Source of the DNA: Candidatus Peregrinibacteria bacterium
Lineage (GTDB): Bacteria; Patescibacteriota; Gracilibacteria; UM-FILTER-43-11
Length of the DNA: 30,077 nt
NCBI GenBank assembly: GCA_016927155.1
Contig: JAFGNE010000047.1
Location: 1-30,077, forward strand
Direction: 5' to 3'
Shown here: positions 19,248 through 26,492 of the stretch, one piece after another
How the letters are laid out: every line of letters begins with the position of its first letter
Position numbering within the stretch: the stretch's first letter is position 1
Notes under the pieces: model-generated
What the model was told of the DNA's origin: nothing
The model's input: the letters and a program-made list of their open reading frames with translations, nothing else
Database searches by the model: none
Program-made: the position numbers and the translations under genes

Positions 19248-19272
19248 GGAGGGCTTTGGCTAAAGCCTTATC

Positions 19273-19300
19273 AGTTTAATGGCATAAGATGGAAAGTCAA
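19273..19300 (-). promoter_or_regulatory. sigma70-type promoter of the typA operon
   Basis: Minus strand TTGACT (19300-19295), 16 bp spacer, TAAACT (19278-19273). Confidence 0.55.
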
Positions 19301-19325
19301 TATAACCAGAAGGGAAACGCTCTCC

Positions 19326-19405
19326 CCAAAGAAAATTTTCTCCGCAAATTTTCGTTTCGGAGTCCTCACTTCATTTCCCCGCCTGAGGCGGGTCATTTCA
19401 TTCGG
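19326..19405. repeat. Cluster of short palindromes in the tRNA-Ser 3' trailer
   Basis: GAAAATTT(T)-CTCCGC-AAATTTTC (19331-19353). CCCGCCT-G-AGGCGGG (19378-19392), flanked by near-direct repeats TCACTTCATT (19366-19375) and TCATTTCATT (19393-19402). Confidence 0.65.
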
Positions 19406-19426
19406 CACGCGTTTCTCGCATCTTTG

Positions 19427-19518
19427 TGGCGGAAGGGGTGGGATTCGAACCCACGGTCCCGATAAATCGGGACAACAGTTTTCAAGACTGCCGCTTTCGA
19501 CCGCTCAGCCACCCTTCC
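19427..19518 (-). tRNA. tRNA-Ser (anticodon TGA)
   Basis: Minus strand GGAAGGG/CCCTTCC acceptor stem plus G and encoded CCA. Anticodon arm GCAGT-CTTGAAA-ACTGT, long variable arm, T-arm GTGGG-TTCGAAT-CCCAC. Confidence 0.97.
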
Positions 19519-19592
19519 AGAAACCAGTGTAATCGCCAGAGCGCTTCATTGACAAGCCCGATTGGTGTATAATAGGTTCAACAAAAACACAA

Positions 19593-19730
19593 ATGAGAAG
19601 AAAAACCGCTTTAAAAAAGGCCACTTCCGCCCATCTTGTGAAATTCCACAAAACATTGCTGGAGATCGGGACAACGCGGAAAAGGCAAAAGCTCAAAAGG
19701 GGAATATCCGGTAAAAAGAAATCAAAATAA
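19593..19730 (+). CDS. Possible small basic protein (45 aa), below the ORF-track cutoff
   Basis: ATG 19593 to TAA 19730: MRRKTALKKATSAHLVKFHKTLLEIGTTRKRQKLKRGISGKKKSK. Follows TATAAT at 19568-19573 and ends 10 bp before the next ATG. Confidence 0.35.
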   Translation: MRRKTALKKATSAHLVKFHKTLLEIGTTRKRQKLKRGISGKKKSK

Positions 19731-19740
19731 TTCCATTACG

Positions 19741-21531
19741 ATGACGTGGAAGGAGGTCATTGACCGCCTCGGCAACCCAAGCGAACAAACGGAAATAAAA
19801 GAATTCAAAGTCGAATTTCCAAAGGAACTCGAAACGCTGGAACGTTCGCGTTTTTTTGAAAAAGTCCGTGAATTCGCCAATGGCTGCATCCGGATTCCCG
19901 AATTCCAGAAGGCCGCGGGCATTGGGGAAAATTTCGGCGAAAGTTTTTTGGAAATGGTCACCAGCAATGATTTTTCCGAAGCGGACAAAAACGACCCTAT
20001 TTATGCCAAACTGCTCGATCTGGCCCGGATCAAGAATGAGATGGTCCGTGATATCGCGCTTGATTACCTGAAACACCGCGGAGACGGATTGGGGCTAAAA
20101 CCGCATGAAACCGTAATTTTGGAATACCTCCTCCAGCTTATTCCCGTAATGGATCGCATGTACATGCGCTGGAGGAAAGAACTTTACCCCGCGGCCCTGG
20201 CCAAAAAACTGACGGACCTCCTGGATTCGGAAACGGAATCGGCTTTTGACCACTTACAGGCACAGGGGCTTTCTGACCCTTACGCCATCGTGCAGGAAGC
20301 GGAAGGCAAACCGATCGCGGTCCCTTATGGCGTCGCTTTCGCCGAGGAAACAGCCGAAGCCGACACCTTATTGGCCGGTCTGGTGATGGCGCTTAACGGA
20401 TTAAAAGAAAAAACAGAAAATCAGGCCGACATCGCAGAAATTGAAACGTATATTTTTTATTTCGCTGCCTTACAAACGGCCTTTAAATGCGAAGAATCCA
20501 AAAAGGAAGGGGACGATTGGCTATCGGTTAAGTTATGGAAAGAGGTGGACAAGGCCTGGCTTAAAACCCAGGGCCGACTCCAGTTGGTCCATTCCATTGA
20601 GGCCGGTTACGGCGGCATCGACCCAACGGAAACCAAAGTGATCCCCGAATTCAAAATCCTGCTTGTGGACGAATCCGCCGGCGGCGAAGCGCTGGAAATT
20701 CTAAAAAAAATGAGGGAAGAAAACATGGAGGTTTTGGCGCCGCTCCTTCCGGAACAGGTAAAAGGCAGGCTGGAAGTGATCCGCCTTTCGCTGGTCGGGC
20801 CTTTTTCCATCGTACTGGCCGGAGGCAATTCACTGGATAATCTTGGCATCGCCCAAATGGGCCCCAATTACGGCGACATCGCTTCTATGGGGGTGAAGTC
20901 GTTTCTTGACGCCGCCTCTTTCGCGGAAACAGACGCTTCGCGCGCGGCTTCAATAGAAGGTGTGCTGGGGATAGAGGCCGCTCAAACCTATTTCCCTTAC
21001 GAAACAAAACACGAAGACTTGCTTTTGGCCGAACTCATCGCCTCGCATGAGATTTCTCATGCCGTGCTTGGAGACCTGGGCACGCTGGATGAAGTGCACG
21101 CCACCTGGATGGGGCTTGTGGCTCTTTTTGAAAGGGAAAAAACGGGCAAGGTGGAGGCGGCAACCGTAAATGTGATCCTGAAAGAACACATCAAATACAG
21201 CATCAAATACCTTTCCGACGCCAGCCATGACGACCGGTATTACATCGAAGGGGCGATCAACACGAAGCTGATGCTCCAAAGCGGGCTTCTGGCGCGGGCT
21301 GACGGTAAATTTTCCCTGGATGAAAAAAATTGGGGACCATTCAAAAAACTTATCGGGGAACATTGGGCGGAAATGGTCCGCCTGCACGCGGCCGGCGGCA
21401 GGGGATTAAAAACTTTCGCGAAAAACCTCCAAAAAGCGGATGACGCCATAAAAGAAGTTGCCCGCCTGGCCGTTGAAGGCGTGCAGGCTTACAACGAAAA
21501 CACCAAAAAGGAGATTCTCGGATCAAAATAA
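19741..21531 (+). CDS. Zincin-like (HExxH) protein resembling CiaB / peptidase M49-like families
   Basis: SHEISH...LDEVHAT zinc-ligand arrangement. WKEVDKAW...LQLVHSIE and AQMGPN...GVKSF blocks recall Campylobacter CiaB (from memory, not searched). Confidence 0.6.
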   Translation: MTWKEVIDRLGNPSEQTEIKEFKVEFPKELETLERSRFFEKVREFANGCIRIPEFQKAAGIGENFGESFLEMVTSNDFSEADKNDPIYAKLLDLARIKNEMVRDIALDYLKHRGDGLGLKPHETVILEYLLQLIPVMDRMYMRWRKELYPAALAKKLTDLLDSETESAFDHLQAQGLSDPYAIVQEAEGKPIAVPYGVAFAEETAEADTLLAGLVMALNGLKEKTENQADIAEIETYIFYFAALQTAFKCEESKKEGDDWLSVKLWKEVDKAWLKTQGRLQLVHSIEAGYGGIDPTETKVIPEFKILLVDESAGGEALEILKKMREENMEVLAPLLPEQVKGRLEVIRLSLVGPFSIVLAGGNSLDNLGIAQMGPNYGDIASMGVKSFLDAASFAETDASRAASIEGVLGIEAAQTYFPYETKHEDLLLAELIASHEISHAVLGDLGTLDEVHATWMGLVALFEREKTGKVEAATVNVILKEHIKYSIKYLSDASHDDRYYIEGAINTKLMLQSGLLARADGKFSLDEKNWGPFKKLIGEHWAEMVRLHAAGGRGLKTFAKNLQKADDAIKEVARLAVEGVQAYNENTKKEILGSK

Positions 21532-22215
21532 GATTTTACGGCCGAATATTTTTTTCATCAGGCTTTGCAAATCCGGCGGCAGGGGCGCTTCGACGGCAAC
21601 GGATTTTCCGGTTAACGGATGCCGGAAAGAAAGCGAGCGCGAATGGAGGACCAGGCGGCCGAACTGGAACGTGGTGCGGAATTTTTTATTGAATTTTAAA
21701 TCACCGTAAACGGAATCGTTGATGACCGGGCATTTGATCTTGGCGAAATGGAGGCGGATCTGGTGGCGGCGGCCTGTTCTGATTTCCGCCTCCACAATAG
21801 AACAAACCTGCTTAAAAAGATCAAAGGTGTAAATGACCTTAAAGCGCGTCTCGGCGGGGACAAGTATTTTCGATTCGCGCGCAGGCACGGGGAAAGTGAG
21901 TTTTTCGCCGTGAGGGACGCCTTTTAACATGGCCAGATATTTTTTATGGGTATCGGGCGCCTTAAAAATGGCCTCAAGGGGTTTGCGGTCTTTGGCATAT
22001 TTACCAAAAAGGATCAGGCCGGAAGTCTGCGCGTCCAGCCGATGGAGCAGGTAAGGCGTGAATTCCCCGCCTTTGAATTTTTCCCGCGCCATGCCCATCA
22101 CGGTTCGCGGGAGCTTGGTTTTAGGATCAGGCACGGAAGGAATTCCCGCCGGCTTGTTCACCGCGAGCAGATATTCATCTTCATAAATAACCGGAATAAG
22201 GTCTCTTTTGGGCAT
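21523..22215 (-). CDS. RluA-family pseudouridine synthase
   Basis: AVNKPAG, catalytic HRLDAQTSG, TGRRHQIRLH, DSVYG and LHSRSLSFRHP motifs. Confidence 0.92.
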   Translation of the reverse strand: MPKRDLIPVIYEDEYLLAVNKPAGIPSVPDPKTKLPRTVMGMAREKFKGGEFTPYLLHRLDAQTSGLILFGKYAKDRKPLEAIFKAPDTHKKYLAMLKGVPHGEKLTFPVPARESKILVPAETRFKVIYTFDLFKQVCSIVEAEIRTGRRHQIRLHFAKIKCPVINDSVYGDLKFNKKFRTTFQFGRLVLHSRSLSFRHPLTGKSVAVEAPLPPDLQSLMKKIFGRKILF

Positions 22216-22234
22216 GGCTCAATGATAGCATAAG

Positions 22235-22260
22235 AAAAAAGGGCTGGAACAAACCAGCCC
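22235..22260 (-). terminator. Rho-independent terminator after the small Cys-rich ORF
   Basis: Minus strand GGGCTGG-TTTGTT-CCAGCCC followed by TTTTTT. Confidence 0.8.
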
Positions 22261-22276
22261 CAAAATTCGGATCAAA

Positions 22277-22450
22277 TTAATGCCCTGCGTAACCGCTGCA
22301 AGCACAAGCCCCATTGATGATGGGGTGTTTACAGCGCTCGCAATGGGGGAATTTGGAATCTTCTCGTTCATCTTGGCGCTCCTTATCGCCTCTTTTCTCA
22401 CTAGACGTCTGTGGCTGAACCGTGGACTCTTTACGCTTCAATTCCGCCAT
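22277..22450 (-). CDS. Small (57 aa) protein with CxxC...CxC putative zinc-binding tail, not in the ORF track
   Basis: MAELKRKESTVQPQTSSEKRGDKERQDEREDSKFPHCERCKHPIINGACACSGYAGH. AGAAAGGA lies 7 nt before the ATG and a terminator follows the stop. Confidence 0.65.
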   Translation of the reverse strand: MAELKRKESTVQPQTSSEKRGDKERQDEREDSKFPHCERCKHPIINGACACSGYAGH

Positions 22451-22536
22451 GGCTGGTTCCTTTCTCCGAATTTTTAAAGACCAGGCTCTCCCATTCCGGG
22501 AATCCGACGCGCGGACTTTGCCCTGGATCCCAGGAC

Positions 22537-22627
22537 AAAAAACCCTTCCCTTCCGGGAAGGGGCTAAGTTGATAAAAAACGGACAGCATCAACGCAACCT
22601 TTTCCCGGAAGAAGAGGAAACGTGATG
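22537..22627 (-). promoter_or_regulatory. Putative ribosome-dependent transcription attenuator overlapping the 3' end of the trpR-like gene
   Basis: Terminator CCCTTCCC-GGAA-GGGAAGGG-TTTTTT (22562-22537). Mutually exclusive antiterminator pairing 22611-22588 with 22573-22550. Protector hairpin 22627-22587 begins at the His-His codons. Confidence 0.7.
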
Positions 22628-22906
22628 GCCCAAAACCAAATTGTATCCGCCTTCGCCATTATTGAGCCACCAGGCCACGCGGGCGACGGTGGTGGTGCTG
22701 GCGCCGGTTTTTTTGGAGATAGCGCGGTAAGGAAGGCCTTGTTCAATAAGTTGGGCCGCCTCGAGACGTTCGCTCATTTCATTGAGCTCGCGCAGCGTGG
22801 CTACATCCCGTAAAAAGGCGGTGACCTGTTTTTCCGTCTTCAGGGCGGCAAGGGCCTTGCAGAGGTTACTGAAACCCGGATTTTGCTGGAGTGTTTTTTC
22901 AATCAT
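22589..22906 (-). CDS. YerC/YecD family TrpR-related repressor
   Basis: FLRDVATLRELNEMSERL..A..I..G.PYR.I..KTGASTTTVARVA.WL..G.GGY signature. Confidence 0.92.
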   Translation of the reverse strand: MIEKTLQQNPGFSNLCKALAALKTEKQVTAFLRDVATLRELNEMSERLEAAQLIEQGLPYRAISKKTGASTTTVARVAWWLNNGEGGYNLVLGHHVSSSSGKRLR

Positions 22907-22907
22907 A

Positions 22908-22953
22908 GTATTATTGTGTTAACACATTAATACAAGCCGGCAAAAAAAGTCAA
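22908..22953 (-). promoter_or_regulatory. Promoter with overlapping 26-bp palindromic operator candidate
   Basis: Minus strand TTGACT (22953-22948), 16 bp spacer, ATTAAT (22931-22926). Palindrome GTATTATTGTGTTAACACATTAATAC (22908-22933) has a single mismatched pair. Confidence 0.65.
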
Positions 22954-22975
22954 TAGGATTTTTTAGGAGGGATTC

Positions 22976-23695
22976 CTAAAACGTCAGTAACATCTGGTTT
23001 TTCCTCAGCCATTTTTTCCGTTGCTTGTGGTCGGGAACCGTTTCTTCCACCAGCGCCCAAAACCTCCGCGAATGGTTCATTTCCTTAAGGTGGCAAAGTT
23101 CGTGGACGACCACGGAATCGATGATCTCGATGGGCGCCATGATGAGCCGCCAGTTAAAGTTGAGGTTGCCGGCGCGGCTACAGCTTCCCCACCGGGTTTT
23201 CTGGTTGCGGAAAGTGACTTTATGGTAGCGGAACCCGTAATGCTCATTCCAATGTTGTAACCGGTCGTGGATCGTTTCGACGGCCTTTTTTTTATAAAAC
23301 AACTCGACCATTTTTCGAACGGTGGGCGCGGGATTCGCCAAAGATTCGTGGACTCCGACGACCATTTTATCGCCCCGGACTTTAATGGCGGGCCGGCGCT
23401 TTTTGGAAAGCCGGATGACGAGCGTTACCGGTTCGCCGAAATAGTAAAACGTGTCGCCATTTTGGTATGTGGGTTTTTGGCGCAAAGCTTTTTGCTTTTC
23501 CGCTTTCAGCCAGTTTTTTTCTATCCACCGGCTGTGCTGGTTTAAAAATGTCTCAACGTGCTTTTTGTCGGCGAGCCAAGGGGCGGTGAGCGTGAGTTTG
23601 CCCTCGCCGTCCATCCGCAAACATAGCCGCCGCGCCTGCAAACTGCGACGGAAAACGACAGGGACGCGGCGCTGGTTGATGACAAGGACTTCCAT
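22976..23695 (-). CDS. YgjP/DUF45-like (M48/SprT-type) zinc-dependent hydrolase
   Basis: QKTRWGSCS, LNFNWRLIMAP, VVVHELCHL (HExxH) and NHSRRFW motifs. Confidence 0.9.
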   Translation of the reverse strand: MEVLVINQRRVPVVFRRSLQARRLCLRMDGEGKLTLTAPWLADKKHVETFLNQHSRWIEKNWLKAEKQKALRQKPTYQNGDTFYYFGEPVTLVIRLSKKRRPAIKVRGDKMVVGVHESLANPAPTVRKMVELFYKKKAVETIHDRLQHWNEHYGFRYHKVTFRNQKTRWGSCSRAGNLNFNWRLIMAPIEIIDSVVVHELCHLKEMNHSRRFWALVEETVPDHKQRKKWLRKNQMLLTF

Positions 23696-23722
23696 GGACT
23701 TACGTTACCATGAGGATAGGCT

Positions 23723-23751
23723 TTGATTAAGCCAAAAAATAAGGTTAAACT
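23723..23751 (+). promoter_or_regulatory. sigma70-type promoter for the Yip1-methyltransferase pair
   Basis: TTGATT (23723-23728), 17 bp spacer, TAAACT (23746-23751). Supports a gene start at 23780 instead of 23723. Confidence 0.5.
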
Positions 23752-23779
23752 GGTTCCAGTATTTTTTCACACCAAAACC

Positions 23780-24373
23780 ATGAAAAACATTGTTTCCGAA
23801 CTCAAGACCGCCCTGCAGGTCATTTTATTCAATGAAAAGGCCATGCATGAAGTGGCGGCGGATAAAAATAAGACAAAATTCGGTTTCGCTGTCATCATCG
23901 TGGCGGCCTTTTTGGGCGTCATCGGCCAGCAGCTTTTTATGGGCTGGCTCAAGCCAAGCTTTGGCTACGGCCTGATGATGGGGGTTACACAAATTATCGG
24001 CGTTACTATCGGGATTTACGTGATCAGTTTTGTCGCGGTCAAAATTTTTAAGGGCCAGGTAAAACATGATGCGTTTTTCCGTGTGGCGGCTTATGGCATG
24101 CTTTTGGGATGGGCCAGCATTATCCCCATGCTCGGCATCATTTCGGCATTGTGGGGCCTCGCCCTTCTTTTTGTGATCCTTACCAAAGTACATAAAGTTA
24201 CAGTGGGCGGGGCCATCGGCACTATCCTCATCAGCCTGGTGGTCCTGATGGCCGTTTCCGCGATCCTCTCCCCTGCCATGAGCCGGTTCGGTTACAAAGC
24301 GGGCATGGGCGGGGCCATGAATTATCACTTGAATATGGGGCCTAATTCCTACAACTTCCAAATCAATCCCTAA
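23780..24373 (+). CDS. Yip1-like multi-pass membrane protein
   Basis: About five TM helices with Yip1-type spacing (...F..E.AM.EVA.D...T..G...II; FKGQ......FRV.AY). Start at ATG 23780. Confidence 0.65.
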   Translation: MKNIVSELKTALQVILFNEKAMHEVAADKNKTKFGFAVIIVAAFLGVIGQQLFMGWLKPSFGYGLMMGVTQIIGVTIGIYVISFVAVKIFKGQVKHDAFFRVAAYGMLLGWASIIPMLGIISALWGLALLFVILTKVHKVTVGGAIGTILISLVVLMAVSAILSPAMSRFGYKAGMGGAMNYHLNMGPNSYNFQINP

Positions 24374-24981
24374 TGCCAAAAAATACCGGTTTACCCCCAA
24401 AGGAAGGTTTTGCACGCTATGCCCATGAATATGATGACAGAGAAAAATACTGGGACAGTTTTGAGCAAGACGCCCTTACTCCCTATATCCACGCGGCCCA
24501 AGGCAAAAAAGTGCTGGATGCCGGCGCGGGCACCGGACGACTCGCCTTGCGGCTTAAAAAGGCGGGCGCGGAAGTAACGGCCCTCGACATTTCATCTGAT
24601 ATGCTGGACCTGCTCCAAAAAAAAGACCCTGAAATCACAATCGTTGAAGGCGATGTGGAAGCCATGCCCCTGCCGGACGGGACTTTCGACATGGTTTTTT
24701 CAAGCCTTACACTGGTTCACCTTAAAGAGATCGAGCCGTTTTTGGACGAGTGTTACCGGGTGCTCAAAGATGACGGGAAATTGGTTTTAGTCAATGTGCA
24801 CTACCGCAAGCCCATGGTGCTGAAAGACGGAAAAGGGAAATACATCATCCAGTGCTACAACCATTTTCCCCGCCATGTGCGCGAAGCGGCGGAAAGCCTG
24901 GCTTTTGGCGTGGAGAAAGAGCTTATCCTCAAAGAAGAGGACAACATTTGGATCAGCCATGTGCTTGTGCTCAGGAAGTAG
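24373..24981 (+). CDS. Class I SAM-dependent methyltransferase
   Basis: VLDAGAGTG, LDISSDML, GDVEAMPLPDGTFD and ECYRVLKDDG motifs. TAATG overlap with the upstream gene. Confidence 0.92.
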   Translation: MPKNTGLPPKEGFARYAHEYDDREKYWDSFEQDALTPYIHAAQGKKVLDAGAGTGRLALRLKKAGAEVTALDISSDMLDLLQKKDPEITIVEGDVEAMPLPDGTFDMVFSSLTLVHLKEIEPFLDECYRVLKDDGKLVLVNVHYRKPMVLKDGKGKYIIQCYNHFPRHVREAAESLAFGVEKELILKEEDNIWISHVLVLRK

Positions 24982-25468
24982 GCGCAGACCAATATTGCTT
25001 GAGCCGCTTTTTCAGCTCTCCGATCTTTCCTTTTTTGAATGATGCACGTATTTCAGCTTCATCCAAGCCGGCCGACTGGCAGATTTCGGTGACCTGTTGG
25101 GCAATAGGCAAATTGGAACGCGTAAACTCACGCACCTTTTTGCCTGATTCCGCGATCCTTATTAAAGCGGTATAGTAGGCATTCCAATCTTCCTCATCCA
25201 AAGGAGAAAGGTATAAAGTACTTATCACCCGGCTGCGCAATCCCTCCAATTCACTTTCAATAAACGGAGTGCCCATTACCTCTTTTGTTTCCTTCTCATC
25301 CAAACCGGCCAATTCACAAATCCGGCGGGCATGATCGGCAAAAGGGGCTTTTTTATCCAATTGTTCAAGCAACGCCGGCATATCAGCTCCCATTTCTTTC
25401 GCGCTTCTCAAAGCTACAAAAAAGAGATATTGGTCTTTTTCGGTATTTGCGGGATTTTCATTCATCAT
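24971..25468 (-). CDS. Hypothetical protein with an internal two-fold repeat
   Basis: Two copies of AL....E.G...P.A......IC..AGLDE.E. Start placed at ATG 25468 (MMNENP), overlapping the upstream stop. Confidence 0.6.
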   Translation of the reverse strand: MMNENPANTEKDQYLFFVALRSAKEMGADMPALLEQLDKKAPFADHARRICELAGLDEKETKEVMGTPFIESELEGLRSRVISTLYLSPLDEEDWNAYYTALIRIAESGKKVREFTRSNLPIAQQVTEICQSAGLDEAEIRASFKKGKIGELKKRLKQYWSAPTS

Positions 25469-25796
25469 AAGACGTATCTTTACCAAATGGATTTTTTACA
25501 CTGCAATCGGGCCGATACCCTTCCCATAGCTCCGTTTCAGGGTTAAAGATAACATGTTTTAACTCACTTGAATAAGAGACCTTAGATAACCGCCTGATAA
25601 AACTTCTGATAGCCTCCACCATTTCCGGTTTCGTGGAATTATCCGGAATCCCGAGCTCTTCCAGCTCATCCAGTTTTGTGACAAAACTTGTGGCTAAGGG
25701 GAGAAGTTCCGAACGTCTTACAAAAAAATCCAATATTTCTTTTATTAATTCCCTATTGGTCATGGAACTACCATTGGAAGGGGCTTCTTTTATCAT
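25458..25796 (-). CDS. Hypothetical protein (112 aa orphan)
   Basis: ATG-initiated ORF in an AT-richer stretch, downstream of a consensus promoter. No family recognised. Confidence 0.6.
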   Translation of the reverse strand: MIKEAPSNGSSMTNRELIKEILDFFVRRSELLPLATSFVTKLDELEELGIPDNSTKPEMVEAIRSFIRRLSKVSYSSELKHVIFNPETELWEGYRPDCSVKNPFGKDTSYDE

Positions 25797-25883
25797 TGTG
25801 ATAGATTATGGGGCAACTTTATAAGGGGGGAGGGGGGAGTTAATTATATTTTAATGTAAATTTAATTATTCTTTAAGAATTGC

Positions 25884-25912
25884 ATCTTAAAACATAATAA
25901 AAAAAATGTCAA
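25884..25912 (-). promoter_or_regulatory. sigma70-type promoter for the orphan gene pair
   Basis: Minus strand TTGACA (25912-25907), 17 bp spacer, TAAGAT (25889-25884). Confidence 0.6.
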
Positions 25913-25940
25913 GTATTTTTACCTGGTTCCGCAAAACTAC

Positions 25941-26492
25941 CTACCGGATCAGGTTCAAAAATTCGCTACGGGTATTCAGGTTCGACTTAAAGAGGCCGGT
26001 GAAAGCGGAGGTGATGATTTCGGAATTCTGTTTTTCCACGCCGCGGGCTTTCATGCACAGATGCTGGGCCCTTAAAACAACGCCCACGCCTTTCGGCTGC
26101 AGGAGCTCATTGAGCGTGTCCGCGATTTGTTTGGTAAGCCGTTCCTGGTTCTGCAGGCGGCGGGCGAAAATTTCGACCATCCGCGGCAACTTGGAAAGGC
26201 CGATGATCTTGTCGTTTGGCAAATACCCGATGTACGCCCTGCCGAAAAAAGGCAAGATGTGGTGTTCGCAGGTGGAAAAAAAATCAATATCTTTGGCGAT
26301 GATCATCTCATCGCACCCCTCATTGGTAAAAACCTTGATGAGTTTTTTGGGATCCTGCCCATAGCCGCCATACAGTTTCGCGAAACTGCGGACCACACGC
26401 TCGGGAGTATTAAGAAGCCCTTCGCGCTTGGGATCTTCGCCAATTTCCGCAATCAGCCTGCCGATAAGTTTTTGGAGGTTTTCGGGGTTCAT
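25941..26492 (-). CDS. folE: GTP cyclohydrolase I
   Basis: REGLLNTPERV, STCEHH, IIGLSKLPR, RLQNQERLT and HLCMKARGV motifs. Confidence 0.96.
   Translation of the reverse strand: MNPENLQKLIGRLIAEIGEDPKREGLLNTPERVVRSFAKLYGGYGQDPKKLIKVFTNEGCDEMIIAKDIDFFSTCEHHILPFFGRAYIGYLPNDKIIGLSKLPRMVEIFARRLQNQERLTKQIADTLNELLQPKGVGVVLRAQHLCMKARGVEKQNSEIITSAFTGLFKSNLNTRSEFLNLIR

Noticed and set aside
19549-19573. TTGACA and TATAAT as a perfect plus-strand promoter
   Set aside because: The spacer is only 13 bp, too short for sigma70. The same bases fit better as the minus-strand -35 (TTGTCA) of the tRNA promoter.
22219-22625. Track ORFs 22219-22401 (-), 22280-22477 (+) and 22422-22625 (+)
   Set aside because: They run through the terminator and attenuator hairpins and lack initiation signals. 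The 57-aa ORF explains the region better.
25823-25838. GGGGGG-A-GGGGGG as a G-quadruplex or phase-variation tract
   Set aside because: Only two G-runs, and they lie outside both the coding sequence and the promoter spacer, so slippage has no obvious effect.
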